Assembly (NCBI GenBank): GCA_903859155.1
Contig: CAIOLO010000019.1
Span: 74,472 to 138,471, forward strand
From: an uncultured beta proteobacterium
GTDB taxonomy: Bacteria; Pseudomonadota; Gammaproteobacteria; Burkholderiales; SG8-39
DNA: 64,000 nucleotides
Direction of reading: 5' to 3'
The notes beneath the pieces were generated by a model, which saw nothing but the letters and a program-made list of their open reading frames with translations, ran no database searches and had not been told where the DNA came from. Both the position numbers and the translations under genes were made by a program. Below, one piece after another: positions 37,281 to 46,695 of the stretch; position 1 is the first letter of the stretch; every line of letters begins with the position of its first letter.

Positions 37281-37314
37281 GAGGCGTTGTTGCTATTGCA
37301 TCGCTTTGCGTAAA

Positions 37315-37554
37315 TCAGAGAAATACGGCCGACGAAACCTTGAAGCGCCTGGCCAATGCTTTCACCTGGCGGGTGTTGAGTTCGCGTTTGCCGTTCAGGA
37401 CTGCGGAGACGACGCCTTGCCCGCCCAATTCCACAGTAAGATCAGATTGCTTTAGTCCGTGCTCCCGCATCAGGTACGCAAGGACCGACGCAGGCGGTGC
37501 TTCCCGCAGCGCATGATGCTCTGATTCGGGATCATGTCTCGGTATTGGCGGCAT
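37315..37554 (-). CDS. HigA/XRE-type HTH antitoxin-like remnant (C-terminal two-thirds only; possibly non-functional)
   Basis: 'LAYLMREHGLKQSDLTVELGGQGVVSAVLNGKRELNTRQVKALARRFKVSSAVFL' matches the HTH half of COG5499-type antitoxins. The N-terminal domain is missing, the 5' end overlaps the nitrilase 3' end, and no toxin gene is adjacent. Confidence 0.35.
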   Translation of the reverse strand: MPPIPRHDPESEHHALREAPPASVLAYLMREHGLKQSDLTVELGGQGVVSAVLNGKRELNTRQVKALARRFKVSSAVFL

Positions 37555-38551
37555 GATTATCGGGATCTTCGGCGTCAGGCGCCGTCCGCCCTGGCTGTCG
37601 TATGCCCTGCCCATGCGCTTCGCGATTGACCTTCAAGGAAAACACATCGAAGCGCTGATAGTGCCCGGTCACGTCTTGAAGGATCCTGCCGCGCGCCACC
37701 TGTTCGAAATCCAGATCGGCATAGAGAATGGTCTCGCCTTCGTCCTGCGGCCCCGCGATGTAATCCCCCATGGGGTTGAGGATGCCCGAATGGCCTCCCT
37801 GCCCGAAGAAGCGGGCGCGGGCGCTGGCGTCCAGTTCCAGCACGTCCTTCATCGCCTCGGTCCATACCGCTGCGGATGAGATGACAAATATGCGCCCCTC
37901 GAAAGCGTAGTAGCGCATGCGTATGTCGATGCTGTGGGCCAGTTGTTCCATGCCGCGGATGCCAAAGGCAGGCCAGCTGGCCACGTGCAGGACTTCCCCA
38001 TCCAATAGCAGAGAGGTGCGCGCCAGGCTGTTGATGTTTTCGCCGCAGATCAGACCCGACAGGCCGCCAAACGGCGTGTCGTAGGTGGCAAGCGTGCTGC
38101 CATCGCCGGCGCTGTGAATCAGGCGTTCGCCGGCAGTCGGTTGCAGCTTGCGGTGTTTGCCGAGGACGGTTCCATCCGGCCCGAAAATGATCTGGGTGTT
38201 GTACAGGGTGGCGAAACTGCCGGCGTCCTTTTCGGCACAACCCATCACCACATAGGCCTTGGCGCGCTTTGCCGCTATTCCCAAGGCGTCGGTGGCGGGG
38301 CCGGGGACGACTATCGCGTTTTTGAAAAGCTCGACGTTGAAGCGTGCGCAGATCGGATCGTTGATCCGGTAGAAGTCATACCAGTAGGGATGGGCCGGGA
38401 TATAGCCCTCGGGGAAACCGATGACCCGTGCGCCGGCGTCACCGGCTTCTTCAATGAGGCGACAAGCCTTGGCGACTGTCGCCTCCCGATCCAGCAGCAC
38501 CGGTGCTGCCTGTACCGCGGCGGCCTTGATCTTTGCGAATGTATCGCCCAT
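37532..38551 (-). CDS. Nitrilase / carbon-nitrogen hydrolase family protein
   Basis: 339 aa. Glu-Lys-Cys triad context 'GFPEG', 'HRKLQPT' and 'LICGEN'. Confidence 0.8.
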   Translation of the reverse strand: MGDTFAKIKAAAVQAAPVLLDREATVAKACRLIEEAGDAGARVIGFPEGYIPAHPYWYDFYRINDPICARFNVELFKNAIVVPGPATDALGIAAKRAKAYVVMGCAEKDAGSFATLYNTQIIFGPDGTVLGKHRKLQPTAGERLIHSAGDGSTLATYDTPFGGLSGLICGENINSLARTSLLLDGEVLHVASWPAFGIRGMEQLAHSIDIRMRYYAFEGRIFVISSAAVWTEAMKDVLELDASARARFFGQGGHSGILNPMGDYIAGPQDEGETILYADLDFEQVARGRILQDVTGHYQRFDVFSLKVNREAHGQGIRQPGRTAPDAEDPDNHAANTET

Positions 38552-38577
38552 GGAACACCTCCCGGGCAGACTATGCC

Positions 38578-39564
38578 TTAAACCGGCAGGCGCAGCAGCT
38601 TCCTTGCATTGCCCTCAAAAATCATTTTCTTTTCCGCATCCGAAATGTTCATGTCTTTCACCGCCTGTATGGTGCGCTTGGTGCCGTAATCGCCCATCTG
38701 CGCGTCAAACGGCGAATCGGTGCCAAACAGCATCTTTTCCGCACCGTAGAATTCGTGGGCGCACATCAGCGCCGAGGTGTTGCCGATCAGCGCGGTGTCG
38801 GTATAGAACCTGCGGAAGTAATCGACCGGCATTTCGGTGAGGCCGACGGTGAATTTGGTCTTGTTGCGCATTTCGGACTGGTTGTAATGATTGGTGATCC
38901 GTTCGCCGAAATACGGGACCATCGCACCGCAGTGGTGGATGATGATTTTCAGTTTCGGATATTTTTCCATGATGCCGCTGAACACCAGGCGCGTCATGGC
39001 GTAGGTCGATTCCACCATCAGGCCCCAGGTGTGCCAGATCAGGTACTTGGATTCGGTCTCGTCCGGATAGTCAGGCACATTGGGATTCCTGTGCGGGTGA
39101 AACCAGATCGGCAGGTTCAGTTCGCACATTTTCTGGTAGATGGGCAGGAACTCCGGCCGGTCCACCGGTTTGCCGTTGATGGGAGTGCGCAGCAGGATGC
39201 CTCGCAGTTTCAGGTCATTGACCGCCCGGTCTATTTCCCGCAGTGACGCGTCGATGTCGCTGGTGGGCAGAACCGCCACGGCGCCCGCGAAGCGCCAGGG
39301 ATAGCGGTCGACCAGTTCGGCCAGTTCGTCATTGGTTCGTCTGGCGAGGTCGACCGCCCCCGCGGGGCCGGCCAGTTCGTCCGGGGTGGCCCCCGGCACG
39401 GTCAGCACCTGAATCAGTTCCGGATACCGGTCCATGAAGCGGAAGCGCTCATCGAGGTTATACAAACACACATTGGTCTGCAGTTCCTTGATTGTCTTTT
39501 GCTTCTCGAACATCAGTTCTTTGAGCTTGGGCGGGATGAGATGGCAGTAGATGTCGATCATCAT
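38578..39564 (-). CDS. Amidohydrolase-2 family (ACMSD/LigW-like decarboxylase-type) protein
   Basis: True start 'MMIDIYCHLIP' with an AAGGAG RBS. 'WFHPH', 'IIHHCG' and 'FGTDSPF'. Confidence 0.65.
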   Translation of the reverse strand: MMIDIYCHLIPPKLKELMFEKQKTIKELQTNVCLYNLDERFRFMDRYPELIQVLTVPGATPDELAGPAGAVDLARRTNDELAELVDRYPWRFAGAVAVLPTSDIDASLREIDRAVNDLKLRGILLRTPINGKPVDRPEFLPIYQKMCELNLPIWFHPHRNPNVPDYPDETESKYLIWHTWGLMVESTYAMTRLVFSGIMEKYPKLKIIIHHCGAMVPYFGERITNHYNQSEMRNKTKFTVGLTEMPVDYFRRFYTDTALIGNTSALMCAHEFYGAEKMLFGTDSPFDAQMGDYGTKRTIQAVKDMNISDAEKKMIFEGNARKLLRLPV

Positions 39565-39730
39565 GGTCGTGCTCCTTGAAGGCGTGATTGCTTGTATCTT
39601 TTGTGGCAATGCGCTTGCTTGTCCGTCGCTTGCTTGTCCGACGCTAGCGGACACGCGACCGCAGCCCATGCTTCGCCGCCTGACGCGGTCAATGCGCCGC
39701 AGAAGCGGGCCGCAGTTATGCTAGAAACGG

Positions 39731-40708
39731 CTACTCACCCTTGATGTTTGCCGCCCTGGCGACCGCGGTCCAACGGGCGATGTCCTCGGCAATGAATTTG
39801 GCAAACTGATCCGGCTGGCTGGCCGACAAGGCCAGACCAAGGGCGTTCAGGCGCTCGCGTGCATCCGGTTCTGCAATGCCTTTGGCAACTTCATCGCGCA
39901 GTCGTTGCACGATCGGTCGCGGTGTCGCCGCCGGAAGAAACAGACCCATGAAGATGGTAACCACCATGTCGGGCACGCCGGCTTCAGCCATGGTCGGGAC
40001 GTCCGGCCAGAACGGATGGCGCGTTGCCGAGGTGACCGCAAGTCCGCGGATCTTGCCCGATTTGATCAGTCCGATTGCCGGGGGCGGATCGGCAAAAGCA
40101 ATGGTGATTTCACCGGTCATGGCCGCGGTGGTGAAGTCCGAGCTGCTCTTGTACGGGATATGCTCGAAATGGGTTCCGGTTTTCAGGTTGAACAGTTCGG
40201 AGGTCAACTGGAAGGTGGCTGCGGTCGATCCGTAGTTGACCTGGGTCGGCCGCGCCTTGGCGTATTGCACCAGTTCCGCGACGTTGCGAGCCGGCAGCGA
40301 TGAACTCACCACCAGAATCAAGGGGTAGGAACCGATCATGGTGACCGGCGCCAGATCCTTCAGAGGGGAATAGGGCATTTTCTCGAAAATCGCCGGGCTG
40401 ATGGATATCGGTCCGCTCGGTCCCATCAGTATGGTGTAGCCATCCGGTGCGGCATCGACCGCCAGCTTTGCGCCGATGAATCCGTTGTTCCCCGGGCGAT
40501 TCTCCGCGATCACCGGTTGTCCGAAAGTTTGTGCCAGTTTTCCCGCAACCACGCGTCCGACCACGTCGTTGCCGCCGCCCGCGGCGAACGGGATGATCAT
40601 GCGCATGGGCTTGCCCGGGTAGCCGCGCAGCACGTCGGTCTGCGCCTGGGATGCCGCGCAGCCCAGCAGCAGAATCAGAAAGCTTGTCAAACGAATCGGG
40701 AATCGCAT
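39731..40708 (-). CDS. Bug/TctC-family substrate-binding protein (copy 8)
   Basis: True start 'MRFPIRLTSF' with an AAGGAGGGA RBS. 'YPGKPMRMIIPFAAGGGND'. Confidence 0.85.
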   Translation of the reverse strand: MRFPIRLTSFLILLLGCAASQAQTDVLRGYPGKPMRMIIPFAAGGGNDVVGRVVAGKLAQTFGQPVIAENRPGNNGFIGAKLAVDAAPDGYTILMGPSGPISISPAIFEKMPYSPLKDLAPVTMIGSYPLILVVSSSLPARNVAELVQYAKARPTQVNYGSTAATFQLTSELFNLKTGTHFEHIPYKSSSDFTTAAMTGEITIAFADPPPAIGLIKSGKIRGLAVTSATRHPFWPDVPTMAEAGVPDMVVTIFMGLFLPAATPRPIVQRLRDEVAKGIAEPDARERLNALGLALSASQPDQFAKFIAEDIARWTAVARAANIKGE

Positions 40709-40968
40709 GGTCCCTCCTTGCTTACGGATGGTTTGGTTGAATTGGCCTGCGCACGACAGGGCACAGCGGATATGCGACTGTCTGGGACAGTCGCGCTTAC
40801 GCTGCATTGGCGAATGATGGGCGCAAGCGGCGCGCAGGCATTGATCTTGGTCAAAGGCACGGAAATCGCCTTGCAGTGAATGCGAAGCTCGCGTGCGAGT
40901 GCGATACGTTTTTCTGAAACAGGCCCGCATTCACTGCTGCCGAATCTGCGGCGACCAGTCCTGCTAAT

Positions 40969-42636
40969 TCAGGCAATCCGGTGCCACTGCCCATCCATCT
41001 CGCTGGCGCGTCCGTCTGCCTTTAGCTTGATGAGATGCGCATGCAGCGAGCGTATCGCCACCGGATGCATCCGGCTCGGGACGTCCTTGTAGACGGTCGG
41101 CAACAAGCCATCCAGCGTCGCTGGCCCGAGTTCGCGCAACGCCTTGAGCACCTTGTTTTCCCGTTCCATGCGGTGCAGCAGGAGTCGCTCGAGCATTTCC
41201 TGCGGCTTGTCCATGAGAAAGCCGTGTCCCGGCGCCAGATAGGCAATATCTTCCTGCTGCAGCAGGCGCAGCGACGCAAAGTAGGCCGCCATGTCGCCCT
41301 GGGGCGGGCTGATCACGACGGTCGATCCCTGCATGATGTGGTCGCCCGTGAACAGCAGTTTTTCGTCCTCCAGCAGGTAGCAAAGGTGGTTGGATGCGTG
41401 TCCCGGTGTGTTAATGACCCGCAGGGTGCAACCTGCCACGCTGATGCGATCGCCATGGGCGAGCACCCGGTCGGGCCGAAAACTCTGGTCATAGCGGGCA
41501 TCGTCCGGCGAGGGCAGACCGAGCAGTTGCGCGCCGGTTTTTTGCCTTAGCAGGTCGGCCGCAGGCGAGTGGTCCATGTGGGTGTGGGTGACCAGGATCC
41601 AGCGAATGCGCCCCTTTGTTTCCTCAAGCAGCACCTGCACGTGGCCGTCGTTCGGCGGCCCGGGATCGATCAATGCAATATCGTCGCCCGCTCCCAGCAG
41701 GTAGGTGTTCGTTCCGGGGCCGGTCATGAATCCGGGATTGGGCGCGGTAATGCGCCGCACCTTGGCGGAGAGCCGTGTGACCACCCCGGGCAGTATTTCG
41801 TAGGCAATGTTCCCGGCGTTCTCCGGATCGAGTTTGCCGACTTCGGCATAGGCAAAATCGCCGGCGAAAAGCAGGCGCGGGCCGTCGCGGCCGCTGGCAG
41901 AGCGTGGCGACATCCACGGCGTGGGGCGCGGCGCGCGCGCGTATGCCATCGCGGCGCCTGCGCTATCGAAACCGGCGAGCATCTCCAGTGATTTGAAGGT
42001 GGGGAAGATGAGCTCGATTTCACCGGCGCGGTAACGCGCCAGCGCCTCAGCGGGGCGGATCCAGATATTGCTCACGGTTTCGCCGTCGTCATGCGAGGGG
42101 CTCTGGGCGTCAGGGGCCACGGCAATGAAAAAGCGCGTGTCATAGCGGCGCGGACGCCCCGCCCCGGTTATCCAGTGATCCCAATAGGCCATGCGATCGG
42201 TGGCCAGGCGCAGATTGTGGGTCCGGCACAGGTCGGCAAAAAGGGTCTCGCCGGCATTCAGCCGCTTGCGCAAGTCGGCATAGCGGCTGCCGCTGTCGGT
42301 GTTGTCGAGATCCAGGAGTGCGTCATGTTCATCATAGGCAAGCAGCAGGCCCGCCTCTTCGAAGCACTCGCGAAGTGCCGCGATCCAGTAGGCAATTCCG
42401 CCGCGCTCCAGATTGATCAGGCGGCTGGCGGTCGCGTCGGAAATGCCGACACAGCGTGAGACGAGGGATTCGTCCTGGTCGGATGGGTCAAGCACGCCGC
42501 CGGGAAAGACGAAAGCGCCGCCGCCTACCGCCGCGTCCATGCCGCGCTGCATCAGCAATACTTCGATTCCCTGCGCCGCGTCCCGCACGAGAATCAAGGT
42601 TGCGGCAGGCCTTGGGATAAGCACTGTCTTGGCCAT
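40969..42636 (-). CDS. NUDIX hydrolase - MBL-fold metallo-hydrolase fusion protein
   Basis: 555 aa. N-terminal Nudix box '...LRECFEEAGLL' and C-terminal 'LVTHTHMDH' (HxHxDH). Confidence 0.75.
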   Translation of the reverse strand: MAKTVLIPRPAATLILVRDAAQGIEVLLMQRGMDAAVGGGAFVFPGGVLDPSDQDESLVSRCVGISDATASRLINLERGGIAYWIAALRECFEEAGLLLAYDEHDALLDLDNTDSGSRYADLRKRLNAGETLFADLCRTHNLRLATDRMAYWDHWITGAGRPRRYDTRFFIAVAPDAQSPSHDDGETVSNIWIRPAEALARYRAGEIELIFPTFKSLEMLAGFDSAGAAMAYARAPRPTPWMSPRSASGRDGPRLLFAGDFAYAEVGKLDPENAGNIAYEILPGVVTRLSAKVRRITAPNPGFMTGPGTNTYLLGAGDDIALIDPGPPNDGHVQVLLEETKGRIRWILVTHTHMDHSPAADLLRQKTGAQLLGLPSPDDARYDQSFRPDRVLAHGDRISVAGCTLRVINTPGHASNHLCYLLEDEKLLFTGDHIMQGSTVVISPPQGDMAAYFASLRLLQQEDIAYLAPGHGFLMDKPQEMLERLLLHRMERENKVLKALRELGPATLDGLLPTVYKDVPSRMHPVAIRSLHAHLIKLKADGRASEMDGQWHRIA

Positions 42637-42740
42637 TTAACACCACCCGCTGAGGCGCCGATTATGCGAAGTCGGCTATCGCCTGGTACGCGGAGAATAA
42701 CATCCCGGATGCATTTCCCGCGGCGCCCCTGCCGGAAAAT

Positions 42741-43589
42741 TCAGGCTGGTTCGAGCCGGATTTCTCCCAGCCAGCGGCTGTTGCCCACTTCAATGTCCAG
42801 AACCTGTTCGCGGTAACCCGGCGCCGTTATTCTGATGCGCAGGTCGGTCGAACGCGGGATCAGGTCGTCGAAGCGGAAGTCGCCGAAGTCGTCGCTGGAG
42901 GCCTCGGCGACGCGCTCGGTGCCTCGCGTGAGGGTTACGCTGGCGCCGACCACACAGTCTTCGATGCCGTTCTTCGTGACGGTCAGTGTGCCGGCGACAA
43001 AGGCGCGCATGTAGCGGTAAAGGTTGCGCATGTGAACGCGGCTCTTGGTCATGCTGCCCGGTTCGATGTGTTCGAGTTTCTCGTCGGCAATGATGCGCTG
43101 CATTTCTTCGTCTTCGACTTTAAGCGAGCGCAGCGCGCCGGTCGGGCAGGACTGTACCGGGCGGGGTTCGGTCCAGCCCGCGTCGAGCAGATGCGAATCG
43201 AAGGTCCAGTGCTGCGGCAGCTGCAATTCCTCGTTCCAGTATGCCGCCCGGAAAGGGCAGGCTTCGACGATGGCCTTCTGGCCTTTGGCGCGCTCGGGAT
43301 GAAACTGCACCAGTCCGTCGGGGCGCTTGGTGATGGCGCCGTTCTTGGCCGCCTGCATGCAGGGCGCGTCGTCGCAGTGCTGGCAGCTGTGGAACAGGTT
43401 GGTCACGTCGACCGCTGGAAACTGGCCGCGCTCGCGCGCGCGGATCTGCACCCAGCCGGGGCCGTGGCGCGGCATTTCCGCGGTGTATCCGGCATGGGTA
43501 TTGCCGACGTATTCGTCCTTGACCGCCATCTCGCAGTTGCGGCAACCGGTGCACAGTGCGACATCGAAAATCAGGTTCCATTTTTTCAT
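42741..43589 (-). CDS. Pyrogallol hydroxytransferase/resorcinol hydroxylase-like small (beta) subunit, paralog 2
   Basis: 282 aa. 'MKKWNLIFDVALCTGCRNC', 'CQHCDDAPC', 'ACPFRA' and a C-terminal 'FGDFRFDDL' beta-sandwich. ATGA overlap with the alpha stop. Confidence 0.8.
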   Translation of the reverse strand: MKKWNLIFDVALCTGCRNCEMAVKDEYVGNTHAGYTAEMPRHGPGWVQIRARERGQFPAVDVTNLFHSCQHCDDAPCMQAAKNGAITKRPDGLVQFHPERAKGQKAIVEACPFRAAYWNEELQLPQHWTFDSHLLDAGWTEPRPVQSCPTGALRSLKVEDEEMQRIIADEKLEHIEPGSMTKSRVHMRNLYRYMRAFVAGTLTVTKNGIEDCVVGASVTLTRGTERVAEASSDDFGDFRFDDLIPRSTDLRIRITAPGYREQVLDIEVGNSRWLGEIRLEPA

Positions 43590-46500
43590 GCTCGGTTCTC
43601 CCTTGGCGCGCTCGCCGCAGACTTGGTGGCCAGATATTTCGCGTGCATGTCATCCGCGCCATCCCAGGGTTCCACCTCCACCAGGCAATTGCTGTTGCCC
43701 ATGGCGTCGCCCTTTTCAAACTGACTCTTTTTGGGCGTGATCAGGTTGAGCATGCCGCCACGGTCTGGCGATTTGCCGGGTTCGCCCAGGGGTTCGTAGG
43801 TTGCCGAGGATTCATAGCCGTGCACCACGCCGGGTCGCGCGCACTCGGTGAGCCGCGCCGCGCAGATCACCGAGCCCAGTTCGTTGAAAACACGCACCAG
43901 CATGCCCTCCTCGATGCCGCGCTTCTCCGCATCCGAGGGATGCAGTCGCATGATCAGGTAATAGTGCCCGTCTATCAGCAGGCGGTGGTCGGCAATGTCG
44001 TTCAAGAAGCTGTCCTTGCGGTCGCCCTGGGTGTGGAAGGTGAAGCGCGGATGCGGTGTCAGCATCTGCAGCGGATAGCGGCTGGCGCGTTCGGTCTCGA
44101 TGCTTTCGCTGGAGCGCCGGTATTTGAGGATCGGGGGGCGCTCCTGGTCATTGGCGTCAAAGCGCTTGAGGGTTTCGCAATCGAATTCGAATTTGCCCGA
44201 GGGCGTCTGCATGCCCTCGAGGTAGTTCTCCTTGTATTCCGAGGGCAGGGGGTGCGGCTCGGGAAGATCCTTCTTGCGCCCTTCGTAGAACCAGCGGTAG
44301 GCGGTCTTGGCGCGCAGCCGTTCCGAGGGCGCCGGCACCACGTAATAGCCCTTGTGAAGGAACTCCTTCCAGGACATGCGTGCCGATACATCCGAGGCGA
44401 GGAACATGCGCTGCACCCAGTCGAGCTCGCTCATGCCTTCGGAGAAATAGACGCCCAGGCCCAGCTTGTGGCCCAGTTCACGGAAGATGGTGTAATCGGA
44501 CTTGGATTCGCCCAGCGGTTCGATGACCTTGTGCTGCATGGTGATGACCCGATGGTTCAACTGCACCTGGCAGTTGGTCATGAAGCCCGAGACATTGCTC
44601 CATTCGCTGATGTCCCAGCGCTCGAAGTTGGTGCAGGCGGGCAGGATGACGTCGGCGAACTTGGCCTCGCCTTCGAACCAGATCGACTGGTTGACCACGA
44701 ATTCGAGTTTGTCCGACTGGTACATGTCGATGTAGCGCTTGCTGTCGGGCATGGTGCCGATGTTCGAGCCGCCATAGCGGTAGAACATCTTGACTGGAGA
44801 GTGTGCCGGCGCCGGGTAGCGGATTTTGAAGAACTGGCCTTCGATGGAGCGCGAGTCGCGCGGATAGCCCTCGGCGTGGCCCTCCAGGATCGCCTCGGGC
44901 AGCTTGGTTCGCGGGACGCCCTGCAGGTGCGTGTTGACGCTGGGGAAGTGCGGCATGCGCTGGTACAGGGAGATCGACGAAGCGGTGAAGTTGATGTCGC
45001 CCGACATGCCGCCTTCGCCGTAGCCGGGGAAGTAGAACGAGGTATCGATCGGTGTTCCCCACTGCAAATTGCCAAAATTGACACCGGGACGCCCCAGGCC
45101 CTGCATGGCTGTAAGGCACACCATGGCGCGCGACCATTCGACGCCGGTCGGTCCGCGGCAGGCGCCGCCCCAGCCGGTTCCCAGGCCGCCCGCACCGAGG
45201 TAGGTGCGCTTCTTGCCCCAGGCGCGCGCCAGCGCACGCACTTCGCGTGCGGCTACGCCGGTTTCGGCGAATTGCCATTCGGGCGTCTTGGCCACGCCAT
45301 CGGAGACACCGTTAATGTAGTCTTTCCAGACGTCGAAGCCGACGGTGCGCTTTTCAACGAAGCTCTTGTCGTAAAGCCCTTCGGCGATCCACACCCAGGC
45401 AATGGCCAGCGCCAGCGCCGCGTCGGTGCCCGGCCGCGGTGCGATCCACTTGCCGTCCATGAACGAGGCGGAGGCGTTGCGGTAGGGTTCGATATGTACT
45501 GTGGGTATGCCAAGCCGCTTGAGCCAGCTGCGCCGCAGCGAGCCTTCGTAGCCGGCGTAGATGCCGCTGGTTGCTTCCGGGTCGCTGGACCAGAACACCA
45601 CCATTTCCGCCTCTTTGAGCAGATCTTCGACGGTGCCGTAGGGTTCGGCACAACCCAGGCGCATGCTGTTGCCCCAGTGGTGCATGGCGCCCCAGTACCA
45701 GCCTTCCCAGCTGTCAGGATTGTGGTTGACCCGCGTCGCGCCGACGGCGTTGATGAAGCGATAGAGAGCCGAGGTCCAGTAGCCGATGTTGCCCCACTGA
45801 TGGTGGGACGGATGATTGAATAGGATGCCTCCCGGGCCGTGCTTGGACTTGACGCGTTTGATTTCGTTGGCCACCAGGTCAAGTGCCTCGTCCCAGCTGA
45901 TGCGCACATATCCGGATTTGCCGCGGTTCTCCGGGTGGCGCTCCCCTTTCGGGTCGAAATCGACGCGCTTCATCGGGTAGAGCATCCGGTCGGGCGAGTA
46001 AATCATCGATTTGGTTGCCAGGCCGTGCACGGCGATGGTGGTTTTGCGCGGCGGGGTGAAACTCTGGCCGCGCGCCTCGATGGTCCAGGGTTGGGCATCG
46101 GTGGTGTCGAAATCGATGGGGGTGATGCGAACGACCTTTCCATCCTTCACATAGACAAAGCACGGGCCGCCGTTGGTCATGCTGACATAGCGGCGTTCGC
46201 CATTGCTGGCGGGGATGCCGAAGGTCCATCCCAGGCGTCGCGTGCCGAGCATCGCCTGGGTGAAGTGGTACACCAGTTCATCCGGGCCGTCGACGCGCAG
46301 CATGAAGGACTTCGCCGCTTCCACCTGTGCCTGCCAGTCGATGGGGGGCATCATCAGCTTAACCGCCGCCTTCGCGGTTTCGTAGGAAAGCGTGATGTCC
46401 GGGTTCGGATGAAGCCCGGCACCGGAGCGCACGCGTCCGCCCCTGAGTTCGAACCACCTGCCGCTGTCCGAATCAATGAGGCGGATCTGCGCGATCACAT

Positions 46501-46600
46501 CGTACACGGCCAGTTGTGCGCGGTACTCGGGGTTGCGCCAGATGCCGAAGCGCATCAGCGCGTAAAGCCCGGTCAGCATGGTGCAGAATAATGCGTTCAC
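43586..46600 (-). CDS. Pyrogallol hydroxytransferase/resorcinol hydroxylase-like large (alpha) subunit, paralog 2, with an SCP2-like N-terminal extension
   Basis: 1004 aa (GTG 46600, GGAG RBS). Colinear with paralog 1, including the ~135-aa N-terminal extension ('GLHPNPDITLS...DGPDELVYHFTQAM'). Confidence 0.8.
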   Translation of the reverse strand: MNALFCTMLTGLYALMRFGIWRNPEYRAQLAVYDVIAQIRLIDSDSGRWFELRGGRVRSGAGLHPNPDITLSYETAKAAVKLMMPPIDWQAQVEAAKSFMLRVDGPDELVYHFTQAMLGTRRLGWTFGIPASNGERRYVSMTNGGPCFVYVKDGKVVRITPIDFDTTDAQPWTIEARGQSFTPPRKTTIAVHGLATKSMIYSPDRMLYPMKRVDFDPKGERHPENRGKSGYVRISWDEALDLVANEIKRVKSKHGPGGILFNHPSHHQWGNIGYWTSALYRFINAVGATRVNHNPDSWEGWYWGAMHHWGNSMRLGCAEPYGTVEDLLKEAEMVVFWSSDPEATSGIYAGYEGSLRRSWLKRLGIPTVHIEPYRNASASFMDGKWIAPRPGTDAALALAIAWVWIAEGLYDKSFVEKRTVGFDVWKDYINGVSDGVAKTPEWQFAETGVAAREVRALARAWGKKRTYLGAGGLGTGWGGACRGPTGVEWSRAMVCLTAMQGLGRPGVNFGNLQWGTPIDTSFYFPGYGEGGMSGDINFTASSISLYQRMPHFPSVNTHLQGVPRTKLPEAILEGHAEGYPRDSRSIEGQFFKIRYPAPAHSPVKMFYRYGGSNIGTMPDSKRYIDMYQSDKLEFVVNQSIWFEGEAKFADVILPACTNFERWDISEWSNVSGFMTNCQVQLNHRVITMQHKVIEPLGESKSDYTIFRELGHKLGLGVYFSEGMSELDWVQRMFLASDVSARMSWKEFLHKGYYVVPAPSERLRAKTAYRWFYEGRKKDLPEPHPLPSEYKENYLEGMQTPSGKFEFDCETLKRFDANDQERPPILKYRRSSESIETERASRYPLQMLTPHPRFTFHTQGDRKDSFLNDIADHRLLIDGHYYLIMRLHPSDAEKRGIEEGMLVRVFNELGSVICAARLTECARPGVVHGYESSATYEPLGEPGKSPDRGGMLNLITPKKSQFEKGDAMGNSNCLVEVEPWDGADDMHAKYLATKSAASAPRENRA

Positions 46601-46695
46601 GGCGGTGACTCCTGTTCCAGGGTGATATTCCTGCCATTAAACGGAAAGCGGTTCATGGCAGTGTCGGTGTAACTCGGCGTCCGCGTGCAGCGAAT

